Below are positions 18,237-27,362 of a DNA stretch of 30,559 nucleotides, one piece after another. A program made the position numbers and the translations under genes. The stretch's first letter is position 1. Each line of letters starts with the position of its first letter. Origin of the DNA: Candidatus Hodarchaeota archaeon (GTDB lineage: Archaea > Asgardarchaeota > Heimdallarchaeia > Hodarchaeales > Hodarchaeaceae); the NCBI GenBank assembly GCA_029856365.1, contig JAHQWW010000031.1, positions 1 through 30,559 of the forward strand, in the 5' to 3' direction. The notes beneath the pieces were generated by a model that was not told the origin of the DNA, searched no databases, and was given only the letters and a program-made list of their open reading frames with translations.

Positions 18237-20279
18237 CTACAATTCGATTTCTGCCCAAAGGGCAGGGTGATCTGACTCTTTACTCACAATATAATAACAA
18301 TCGGATATTATTATTCCAGGTGATACAAAAATGTGATCTATCCTTTCATTCACATTATATTGTATGTCATCTATGTATTCTACATCTGTAGATTCAGCAA
18401 TAAGCCAAGAGTCATTTAGAGTACCGATTGTTAGATTATATTGGGGCTCACTTGGATCGAAATTGAAGTCTCCCATTAATATCACCTTATTTTTGCTATT
18501 CACCTCTCCAATTATGGCCTCTTGTTGCACAAGGGGCCCACCGTTGCCAAGATGTGTCACAAATACATTAAATAGAGTTGTACCAAATTGGATCTGTGCT
18601 TCAATAGTAGCTGTCTGCTCCCCTTTACTATACATGAAAAAAGTTCTCGGATTTTGAATAGGGTATTTAGAAAGCAACGCGATCCCGAAAGTTCCTGTAC
18701 CTGTTTTTGGGCCATAATAGGAAAGCATTTTCAGGTTATTTGCGAAATACCTAACGACATCCATATTTCCATTAGCAATCCTGGTTGTATCACATTCCTG
18801 TAATCCAATAATATCAGGATTAATTGTTCTTATTATATTTAATTGCCCATCAAGGTTTTTGATACCATCTTCACTATATCCTTGCTGAATATTATAAGTC
18901 ATAACTGTTATAGAAGTTGTTGTTTCAGGAGTTGTAGGTATGGGGGTAGTTATAAATACACTCAAGATCGTTCCTATCGCAATAACTACTATTACTATCG
19001 AGATTACTCTAGATTGTAATCCGATCACGGGCTTTTTGAACATAAATACACTCTTTTTCACTAGCAATACAGGTAAGGCAACACTCAATCCTACTATTAA
19101 GTACACAAACCAAAACATATCTCTGAAAAGAGGGCCAATAATGTCAATATAATCGTATACTGTAGTAAACACATGTGCAAAAATCATTATTAGGAAAAAT
19201 AATGATGCGAGAGTAAAACCTCCTGATAACTTACCCATTGTAGGTTTACCATTGATTAATTCTCGGGAAATGAGGGTAAAATCAATTAAGATTATTGGAA
19301 AAAGGACTATCATTAATATTAATGGTATATAATGCAGTATCGTTGTCGGAGGAGCGTCAATTGGATAACTATTGGCAGACAATGGAAATTGTATCTGATT
19401 AAGAATAATTGTCAATACTAAAGTAATGATGAATAGCGCATTCCCAAGCCAAATCATCCAAGGCTCCAATTTCATCAATAAATCACGTTTGAATGTCATA
19501 AAAAGGACAAAAAGGGTAATTATAAGGATGACTAAAAGAATAATAAAGAAATAATCTCCCTCGGTCCATCTAGAAATAACAGTGGGGCTTGCAAAGGAAA
19601 AATAAATCATCATTAAAATGCCAATCAATCCAAAAGTGAGACAAATTGTTTTCAAAGTGTTGTTGGATCGCTCTAGACTTGTTGAGACGTCAATATCTGT
19701 TTTCTGCTCTGTTGTAACCATACCAATAATCAAGATAGCTGCGATTACTGCCAAAATCCAACCAATCAATTGAAACCAGCTGTAGGTGGAAATATCAATT
19801 GTCGAACCCAACGTTCTGAAAAGGATTGACAATGCAAGAGCAATCGCTAATCCTAATCCTAATGTTAGTCCACTATTCTCCTCATTATGCTTGGATTTGT
19901 GGTGAAGAAACATTGGAAGAAATATTAAAAAACATCCAACACCAATACCAGATATAATCATCTTAATTTGAGGAATACCAACTAACAGCGCTTCCAGTAC
20001 TCTACAAACAATCAATAATTCTCCGACAACGACCAGTAGTTTATCAGGGGAATTCTTTCGAAAAAAAACTAGAATAATAGGAGATAGCAAAAAAAGAACA
20101 CTAAGAACATTTTCATTCAAAGACAAGGTGAGAAGACAAAGCGCGTATATTGCCTCTATAAAATCGGAGATTAGTTCAAAGAAAAATAAGAAGATTATAC
20201 TCAATAATATTAATTCTGAATAATATTGTTTCACTTTTTTTTTCAGCGATTGGGCGTTTAACATGACATTCACAAGCAT
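18237..20279 (-). CDS. Polytopic membrane protein with C-terminal endonuclease/exonuclease/phosphatase domain (Cwh43/PGAP2IP-like), paralogue 1
   Basis: About 450 aa of TM helices, then MTYNI, GLQECD, LLSKYPI, THL, GDFN, RIDHIF and SDHPAL. Confidence 0.88.
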   Translation of the reverse strand: MLVNVMLNAQSLKKKVKQYYSELILLSIIFLFFFELISDFIEAIYALCLLTLSLNENVLSVLFLLSPIILVFFRKNSPDKLLVVVGELLIVCRVLEALLVGIPQIKMIISGIGVGCFLIFLPMFLHHKSKHNEENSGLTLGLGLAIALALSILFRTLGSTIDISTYSWFQLIGWILAVIAAILIIGMVTTEQKTDIDVSTSLERSNNTLKTICLTFGLIGILMMIYFSFASPTVISRWTEGDYFFIILLVILIITLFVLFMTFKRDLLMKLEPWMIWLGNALFIITLVLTIILNQIQFPLSANSYPIDAPPTTILHYIPLILMIVLFPIILIDFTLISRELINGKPTMGKLSGGFTLASLFFLIMIFAHVFTTVYDYIDIIGPLFRDMFWFVYLIVGLSVALPVLLVKKSVFMFKKPVIGLQSRVISIVIVVIAIGTILSVFITTPIPTTPETTTSITVMTYNIQQGYSEDGIKNLDGQLNIIRTINPDIIGLQECDTTRIANGNMDVVRYFANNLKMLSYYGPKTGTGTFGIALLSKYPIQNPRTFFMYSKGEQTATIEAQIQFGTTLFNVFVTHLGNGGPLVQQEAIIGEVNSKNKVILMGDFNFDPSEPQYNLTIGTLNDSWLIAESTDVEYIDDIQYNVNERIDHIFVSPGIIISDCYYIVSKESDHPALWAEIEL

Positions 20280-20370
20280 TTTTTGGGTTTAAAAAAGTTT
20301 TCATGAAAAATATCGGGAATATAAAGCCTATAGAAGCCCAATCAATTTCAGGGAGACTACTATTGGGAGT

Positions 20371-21237
20371 TTATTTGCTAATCCAGGAGATAACATATTG
20401 TAAATGTCCTGGGGTGGTAATTTCGGGCCGGATAAATTGCCAGCTTCCTTTAAGACCTCGTTCTAGAGCAGTTAAGTTAAAGTGACAGACAGCAATTCCT
20501 AGATCTAATCTGGGAAAGTCAGGCCATGAGAGAAGGCTACTATACCAACTTCTTTTCCGAAAAATGAAAAAATGGAAGTTTTTACTATCTTTTATTACCC
20601 GCCAAGGTTGGCGATTAGACGCTGAGGGGGCAATTCGAATCATTTCTAGCGGTATATCGTATCTACCTGCCCTCTCTCGAGTAAGTGGGTACTTACAATC
20701 TCCTTCAAAGAAAAGGTTCTCCCATGGGTGACGTTTTTTAGAACGAGCTGCCCAACGCGCAAGTCTATCAACTTTGCTACGATTTTCTGCTGCGTATCCT
20801 ACAGGAGTAATGGCTGGAACGGCTTCATTATCTGTAATGTTGTTAATTTGAGCTGCAAATTTGCTGCGCTTGAAAGTGCCCCCTACCCAACAAGTCCCTA
20901 AACCTAAATCGGTCGCAAATAAAATCAGCTCCTCCATAACGTAACCAAAATTTTCCAGATCATATTTAGATTTCTTTGTTGCTCCAACAATGAAATTTTT
21001 GGCCCCTTGGATGAAACCGTAAGTTCCAAGTTGCCTCTTCACTTTTGGATCTAATTCCTGGATTTGTAACAATTCAAACCGTGTTCCACAATTGAAAGGG
21101 CTTTTATGGTCTGCTTGGAGAAATTTAATCAAATTCCTCTTAGTATTATCATGAAGTGATTCTGTCTTATATGTTCGACACGAATATCGTCGTTGAATGA
21201 TTTCTATAATTGAAGTGGAGAACTTTAATCTATTCAT
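20371..21237 (-). CDS. Nitroreductase family protein (two-domain)
   Basis: RRYSCRTY, LGLGTCWVGG, APSASNRQPWR, DLGIAVCHF. Start placed at ATG 21237. Confidence 0.9.
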   Translation of the reverse strand: MNRLKFSTSIIEIIQRRYSCRTYKTESLHDNTKRNLIKFLQADHKSPFNCGTRFELLQIQELDPKVKRQLGTYGFIQGAKNFIVGATKKSKYDLENFGYVMEELILFATDLGLGTCWVGGTFKRSKFAAQINNITDNEAVPAITPVGYAAENRSKVDRLARWAARSKKRHPWENLFFEGDCKYPLTRERAGRYDIPLEMIRIAPSASNRQPWRVIKDSKNFHFFIFRKRSWYSSLLSWPDFPRLDLGIAVCHFNLTALERGLKGSWQFIRPEITTPGHLQYVISWISK

Positions 21238-21265
21238 CCTACAAATCTTCTTTCTTAGAGTTTTT

Positions 21266-23194
21266 CTATCCAACAACTAGTTCAGCATAAACTGCGCGAT
21301 GATCAGAGGTTCTTGTTGATCCAAAAGTTACACATTTAAGTACAATCCACGACCCTTTCAACCAAATGTAATCTATTCTGTTTGTGGCAATCCCAGAACT
21401 TGAATAAGAAGTACCACCATTGGAAGCATTTCCAGCCAGTATCCAAGCGTCTGAAAAAGTAGAGTTTAAAAGCTCGAATGTTGGATCTGTGATTTCTTGA
21501 TGAGTGTTAAAATCACCCAGAATGACTGTGCTAGTATAATCTTTTGTAATATCGATAATTTTAACTGCTTGATTATACCGATCAAAATTATATCTATTCG
21601 TTTGAAAATGAGTTGTAATAATAGGTAATTTTCCTGCGATCTTGCCAGTATCAATTTCTACAACAATTACTACCCGTTCGATTGATTGTTCCGCTGGTAA
21701 GTCTTCATAATGAGCATTTAAAATAGGAAATCTGGATATAAGAGAGACACCATAAATTTGAGCAGAGGTTGGTGGACCGTAATAGTAATTCATTCCTGTC
21801 TGATGAGCAAGCCATTGCACACCATTCATATTTGATGATGTTATTCTGGCACCTTCTGATTCTTGCAATCCAATTACATCTACTCCAGATTCTAATATAA
21901 CATCCCGTACCTGTTCGAGGTTGTAGAGTCCTGTTTGTCCAATTGAAAAGTACTGATGAATATTGAAAGTCATTATCCTGAGTTTACTTGAGTCAGGGCT
22001 CTTTCTTACCATAAGAAGATCATTAGTTATGACTCCTACCGTCGAAACTACAACTACAACCAAAAAGATTATTCGAACGGTATTTAAGACATTTTGAAGT
22101 TTTCTAGTCGTAATTGTGGGCATATCAAGCTTCAAACTAGTTAAGGGGAGAAATAATCCTGCTATAAATATTATTGTTGCAGCATGACCGCGAGTAAAGG
22201 CTAAAAATGAAGGCATAAAAGCCCAATTACCCGCACTGACGTTTAAGAGCAGGATGAATACCATTAAAAATTGGATAACAGTCATTCGGAGTCCGATAAC
22301 CCTAGGCGATTTTATCGTGATCTTACTTAAACCAGCATAAAGGATGACGCATACTGAAACCTGTGCAGAGAAATAAGTAATAATAGGAAGAAGATTAATC
22401 CAGAGAAGATCTATTAAAGACAATAGATAAAGAAACATCCATCCTAGTACAAGCTTATCCTTGAGGATCTGTTTCCCTCTTTCAAAAGATAAACACGCGC
22501 CAAATGATAGACCAATGATTCCAGTAAAAGAAATAAGTAAGTAATCCCTTAGGAACCATGTCGATACAACATTGGGAAAACCCAAAAATAATAACTGAAT
22601 AAGAAGGAAACTAATAACTGGGGATACATCAGTAAACGTTGTTTGAGAGGAATCTATTAATCTAGCATCATTTTTGACTCTTGTAAACCAAAGTAGAATA
22701 CCTAGACCTATCCAGAGAAGGAATAATATTGATCCAATCAATGTAGCATAATAAGAAGCTGTATCAAGCCACGAGCGTGTAATTACCAGAATGAATATCG
22801 CTAGTATCACACTGATAGTAAATTCTTCATTTTCAATCTGAATTCTATTTACCAGCATTGGAGTAATGAACATCATAGCTAGAATAGTTGCAAGTGTAGC
22901 TATCATTGTGATTGGAATAAAGCTCATAAGAACCATGATTGTTGCACTGACGAGACTTATTGACAGCGCTCTTACTGAATGGGGCGAAGGTAATATCACT
23001 TCAACTAAACCTGTCAGTAACAATACAATTAATAGAATAGATTCATTTGGTCCAGCAGTAGAAAAGTTTAGCACAAAGATCATTGTTAAAAAGCGTTCTA
23101 ACTGACTAAAAAATAAAAAAACTACTAGTGCTCCAAAAACTAGTCGGTTGATGTAGTTAAAATAATCTTGAGGGGGAGTGATATTATTTTCCAC
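21266..23194 (-). CDS. Polytopic membrane protein with C-terminal EEP domain (Cwh43/PGAP2IP-like), paralogue 2
   Basis: About 400 aa TM region, then MTFNI, GLQESE, LISRFPI, THF, GDFN, RIDYIW and SDHRAV. Confidence 0.88.
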   Translation of the reverse strand: MENNITPPQDYFNYINRLVFGALVVFLFFSQLERFLTMIFVLNFSTAGPNESILLIVLLLTGLVEVILPSPHSVRALSISLVSATIMVLMSFIPITMIATLATILAMMFITPMLVNRIQIENEEFTISVILAIFILVITRSWLDTASYYATLIGSILFLLWIGLGILLWFTRVKNDARLIDSSQTTFTDVSPVISFLLIQLLFLGFPNVVSTWFLRDYLLISFTGIIGLSFGACLSFERGKQILKDKLVLGWMFLYLLSLIDLLWINLLPIITYFSAQVSVCVILYAGLSKITIKSPRVIGLRMTVIQFLMVFILLLNVSAGNWAFMPSFLAFTRGHAATIIFIAGLFLPLTSLKLDMPTITTRKLQNVLNTVRIIFLVVVVVSTVGVITNDLLMVRKSPDSSKLRIMTFNIHQYFSIGQTGLYNLEQVRDVILESGVDVIGLQESEGARITSSNMNGVQWLAHQTGMNYYYGPPTSAQIYGVSLISRFPILNAHYEDLPAEQSIERVVIVVEIDTGKIAGKLPIITTHFQTNRYNFDRYNQAVKIIDITKDYTSTVILGDFNTHQEITDPTFELLNSTFSDAWILAGNASNGGTSYSSSGIATNRIDYIWLKGSWIVLKCVTFGSTRTSDHRAVYAELVVG

Positions 23195-23339
23195 TTATAT
23201 CAACTCAAAAAGATTTTAGTATAAAGAATCAAGATTGAAACTGAACTGAAGAGAGCTTTTAATAAATTCATTGCTATTGATGATAAAAATAGAAGACTAT
23301 AAACATGCTATTGTCTATTACAGACTGTGGTAATAGAAA

Positions 23340-24197
23340 ATGCCCGAAGGTCCTGAAGTAGAAAGTGTGAGACTTGAACTAAGACAGCTCATTTCAAAAA
23401 CAGTAGAAACAATTCAGCTGACTCCATTATCTCAAAAATATTCTAAATATAAAGGTAAACAACCTCTTTTTGACCAATTTAGAAAAAAAAGAATTCTTGA
23501 TATTGTTCGTTTTGGTAAATTTCTTGTTTGGCGTTTTGATGGTATAGAAGCAGTTATTTTAAACCACCTTGGCATGTCTGGTAAGTGGTGTCTCTTTATG
23601 GACATAGAAAATCTACCAACTAATGCTAGCCATATAAAGGTGATTGTAAAACTGAAAGATCCACCTAATGCCGTTTTCGATGATACACGGAATTTTGGAC
23701 AATTCAAAGTGTTTCATTCTCTTGAGGAAGTTAAACAATACAATCCTATTCGGTATCTAGGAGTTGATGGGCTGGCTTCTCCATTCCCCCTGAAAGAATT
23801 TTTAACACGACTAGCAAAAAGAAATTTTGAAAATAAACCAGTGGGAGAAGTGCTATTGAATCAACGACTTGTAGCAGGAGTTGGAAATATCTATAAAACA
23901 GAATCATTATTTCATGCAAAGATCAATCCACTGCGAAAAGTGGGGACACTCTCAGACGCTGAAAGAGAGGAGTTAGGTCTTGCTATAGGTGAGATTTTAC
24001 AAAAAGCGTTACAAGATAAAGGGAGTACGATGGCTTTTCAGCCATATGAGCTGCCATCAGGTACAACAGGAAACGCACAACAATGGCACAAGGTTTATAA
24101 TCGTGAAGGAGAACCATGTTATGTTTGCAATACTGAAATTACTCGAATAGTCCAGAAAAACCGAAGTACCTTTTATTGCCCCCAATGTCAACAGTAG
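23340..24197 (+). CDS. mutM: Formamidopyrimidine-DNA glycosylase (Fpg/MutM)
   Basis: N-terminal PEGPEV, RFGKFL, HLGMSG, DTRNFG, H2TH GVGNIY and zinc finger CYVC...RSTFYCPQCQ. Confidence 0.92.
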   Translation: MPEGPEVESVRLELRQLISKTVETIQLTPLSQKYSKYKGKQPLFDQFRKKRILDIVRFGKFLVWRFDGIEAVILNHLGMSGKWCLFMDIENLPTNASHIKVIVKLKDPPNAVFDDTRNFGQFKVFHSLEEVKQYNPIRYLGVDGLASPFPLKEFLTRLAKRNFENKPVGEVLLNQRLVAGVGNIYKTESLFHAKINPLRKVGTLSDAEREELGLAIGEILQKALQDKGSTMAFQPYELPSGTTGNAQQWHKVYNREGEPCYVCNTEITRIVQKNRSTFYCPQCQQ

Positions 24198-24215
24198 CGA
24201 TTTAGATATTTAGAA

Positions 24216-24749
24216 TTAAGTTTTCATTGTAGTCTCTGTTGAATCTGAGCTCCCATCTGAAGTTAGATCTTCAAATAAATCTCTTATTCTAACTATCCGA
24301 CCACAGATAGTTCCAGAATATGCTGGAAGAGAGAATAGAAAATAAAAGAAGACAAAAACAATGTCAAAATGATTGTAAAGACGCCAGCAAAGAATGAAGA
24401 TAATAATAAACGAACCAAAGAAAAAAATTTGAAAAAATGTTCTAATAACACCTAGATATAACCAATGTCGTTTTAGGAAAGGTTCGTGGAACTGGTAATA
24501 AAGATATTCACCCATCGTAAAGAAAAATATAGTGAGACCAGATATACAGCTCCCGATAAAAATACGAAAAGAAAGCCATAGTAAATCATTGGGATATTCT
24601 AAGATGAAACCAAAACTCCAATAAACTACTCCAATGATCATGCAGCAGAATCCTACTAGAGTTATTTGCTTAGCGACGTGAGTTTCAGCACGATCACCTT
24701 TCTTCTCTTGTAGAATCCTTTTGATATCTTCTTTTGTCATAAAATCCAT
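24216..24749 (-). CDS. Hypothetical membrane protein (about 4 TM helices)
   Basis: 177-aa ORF with four hydrophobic stretches; no recognised motif. Confidence 0.65.
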   Translation of the reverse strand: MDFMTKEDIKRILQEKKGDRAETHVAKQITLVGFCCMIIGVVYWSFGFILEYPNDLLWLSFRIFIGSCISGLTIFFFTMGEYLYYQFHEPFLKRHWLYLGVIRTFFQIFFFGSFIIIFILCWRLYNHFDIVFVFFYFLFSLPAYSGTICGRIVRIRDLFEDLTSDGSSDSTETTMKT

Positions 24750-25111
24750 TAATTATGACCTATTTGACCTTTTTATCCATGGAACTCAAAAAAATCTACT
24801 ATGAATAGAAATATTAACACCAAACAGACTTGGAAGTAATATGTCACGATTCGTTTTAATAGTACACTTTTGATGAAAGATCTTAGTGGGCATGAAGATC
24901 AAATATCTGCTTTTCCAGACCTATTGAACTTAATCGTAACCCATCATATTGATAAAACGACAGTTAATCTCTCCAAAGGATCATGGAATAGATTGTACCT
25001 TTCTGAAACTAGTGTTCTTAAAGAAAATCAAGAAAAAAAGCGAACTAGCTATTTTAGAAGCCCTAAAACTGACGGCGATTCTACAACTGAGGCTAATAAA
25101 AATAGTGAAAT

Positions 25112-26812
25112 TTAATAAGTTCCCTGTGTATAATCGCTCCGGAGTTGGGTAAGCATGGGAACATACAATATCGGTACCCAGTCTTTCGGAGCGGGTCGCC
25201 AACGGCCGATTACAGCCTTAACTTCTTCTCCTTCAGCAAAATTACAGATTTTAGGGTTGTAATTAAAGCCCCTGACCCACTTTTGATCAAACATAACCCA
25301 GTAGGGGTTCTCAGGATGACCAGAGGACTTCTTTGAAGGTGCAAAGAAGTGTACTTCTTTGATTCGGGCTCGTTTAGGGATCTTTACCGTTTTTAATTTC
25401 GTTCCACAAATTCTTTTGGCATCCCCAGCTGCCTTCTGTATTCCACGTAAACAACGCCCTTCTAATTCACTAAATTTCTCTGGTGGGGAAAAATCTGGAA
25501 AGTTACTTTTGGTCCAACTGTCCCCAAAGTACACAGCACCACATTCTGGACAACCTTCAACTTGATAATATTCTTTTGATAGGGGATTAACATCTAACAA
25601 TGCGATATGTTTAGCAACTTGATCTGGAGTATCACGAAAACGGAAATAATCTTCTACGGAAATTTGCTGCTTATAATCAATCTGTTCTTGAACAGTTGGA
25701 ACTGCATTGTTTGCTACCTGAGACCCATTTGCCTTCAATTTAATACTGAAGACATCTGAACCCGCACCTGAACCGTAAAGAACTGCCAAAATCTCCTCAC
25801 CGCGTTTTGCAGTTTCCATTGCAGCGCACAACGCAGTTGGAACGGTTGCGGAATAGCCATTAGCGATGATAGGTGCTAAATTCGACACTTTAACTCTAGG
25901 CTCAATACCGAGTATATTTCCATCTTTATCAAACATTTTTTCAGCTAAAGTAACCCCAAAATAATTACCAATATCTAATAATGCTTCATTAGGAAAACTA
26001 CCATTGGGAGAATGAATCACCCAGGTCTTTCCTGGAAGACATTCAGCATTCATTTCAGGATAACGCTCTATATGCTTCTTTAATGTTGAAAGGATCATCC
26101 CTCGGAAAGCTAATGATGTCCCTTGACCCTCATGCTCAGGAAATTCTTCCCCCTCTTTCCTAATGAAATCTGAAAAATCATAATTGATTGACGTACGTCC
26201 AACAATCTTCGCAATCCCCTTTTCTTTACCTAAAATTATGCTAGTCGAGTAAAAAGAGGCAGAAAACTCAAGATCATCTCCAGGAGCACCTTGACTGGCA
26301 TCTGTTGCTGTTACTGCAACATACCGACATCTCCCAGAATCAATAAGTGCAGCTCCAATATCAAGAAATTCACCGAAGGGTTTACAGGCGAATTCACCAC
26401 GAACACCATATTTAAGGTCTGTTAAACCTGCTTTTCCAGCAATAGCTGTGCTTGATTTCACAGCATAGGGGTATGACTCTGAAACAACAAATAAGGCATC
26501 AATCTGATTAGGTTTGATACCTGCACGCCGTATAGCATAAATTAGTGATTGAGTCCCTGCAGTCAATGCATCCTCATTAGGACCAGGAACAACCTTTTCT
26601 ATAAGCTGTAAACGCTGACTGTACACCCAGCGGACACTACGTAAAGTTTTTCCCCGAAAACGGCTGACAGCTCTTTTAAGTTGTCGTAAGGCGACTTTAT
26701 AATTGAGAGTGGACATAGAATGATAGCTATCTACGAGGTCTTGGATCGTGAGCCTATTTTGGGGAATGAACGAAGCTATCGCCTTTATGTCCGCCAATTT
26801 TTCAAACAACAC
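25112..26812 (-). CDS. Archaeal-type HMG-CoA synthase-like protein fused to a C-terminal DUF35 (Zn-ribbon/OB-fold) domain
   Basis: EDALT, SESYPYAVK (Glu), EFACK (Cys), QGAPGDDLEF, HSPNGSFP (His), NGYSA and YGSGAGSD; C-terminus GCPECGAVYF...C...CG...PY...GEEVKAV..R...ILY. Confidence 0.85.
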   Translation of the reverse strand: MLFEKLADIKAIASFIPQNRLTIQDLVDSYHSMSTLNYKVALRQLKRAVSRFRGKTLRSVRWVYSQRLQLIEKVVPGPNEDALTAGTQSLIYAIRRAGIKPNQIDALFVVSESYPYAVKSSTAIAGKAGLTDLKYGVRGEFACKPFGEFLDIGAALIDSGRCRYVAVTATDASQGAPGDDLEFSASFYSTSIILGKEKGIAKIVGRTSINYDFSDFIRKEGEEFPEHEGQGTSLAFRGMILSTLKKHIERYPEMNAECLPGKTWVIHSPNGSFPNEALLDIGNYFGVTLAEKMFDKDGNILGIEPRVKVSNLAPIIANGYSATVPTALCAAMETAKRGEEILAVLYGSGAGSDVFSIKLKANGSQVANNAVPTVQEQIDYKQQISVEDYFRFRDTPDQVAKHIALLDVNPLSKEYYQVEGCPECGAVYFGDSWTKSNFPDFSPPEKFSELEGRCLRGIQKAAGDAKRICGTKLKTVKIPKRARIKEVHFFAPSKKSSGHPENPYWVMFDQKWVRGFNYNPKICNFAEGEEVKAVIGRWRPAPKDWVPILYVPMLTQLRSDYTQGTY

Positions 26813-27362
26813 TCATTATTTTGCTCTTCTTTTCTTAATGATGAATGCGGAGTCCTATCTAGATGAGGGAATGAAAGATTTTATTGCACTAAGATTCATA
26901 TTTCTTTTTGTAAAATAGCATGATTGCTTTTTCTCTAGGAAAGGAAACAGCTAGTGATGGCTAAATAAAGGTTTGCTCATACATTTCAAGCATATGGGTT
27001 AGAAAACTTTCAACCTGTATTCATCATATGGGTGGGAACTATTCTAGGTTTTCCTTGTCGTTTATTTGAAAATAACAATCTTTTTTGTAGTTTTGACTAT
27101 ATAATATAAGTAATTTGGATTATTCCTTATTTTAAACTTGTACCTCTGCTTAATAATAGTATACTGGTTTTATCTTGACATTTATTTTAGGGGGAACTGT
27201 TGGTAAGCACTTAATTTCGTAACTCCTCACATAGGGTACATAAATTTGTAATTGATTATTTAAAATCTAAAATAATATTCTATATTTGAAGGATTAATTC
27301 CTTTTGAGAAAAAGCCTAAAAAATTATTAAGTAGAAAAATTCTGATATTAATTATAAAGTAG

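Noticed and set aside
24870-25152. Small plus-strand ORFs (81 aa and 67 aa) between the membrane protein and HMGCS
   Set aside because: No motif or clear RBS; they may be a decayed gene, but this cannot be supported.
26838-26895. C/D-box sRNA candidate starting ATGATGA
   Set aside because: No properly spaced CTGA D box and no rRNA-complementary guide that I could identify.
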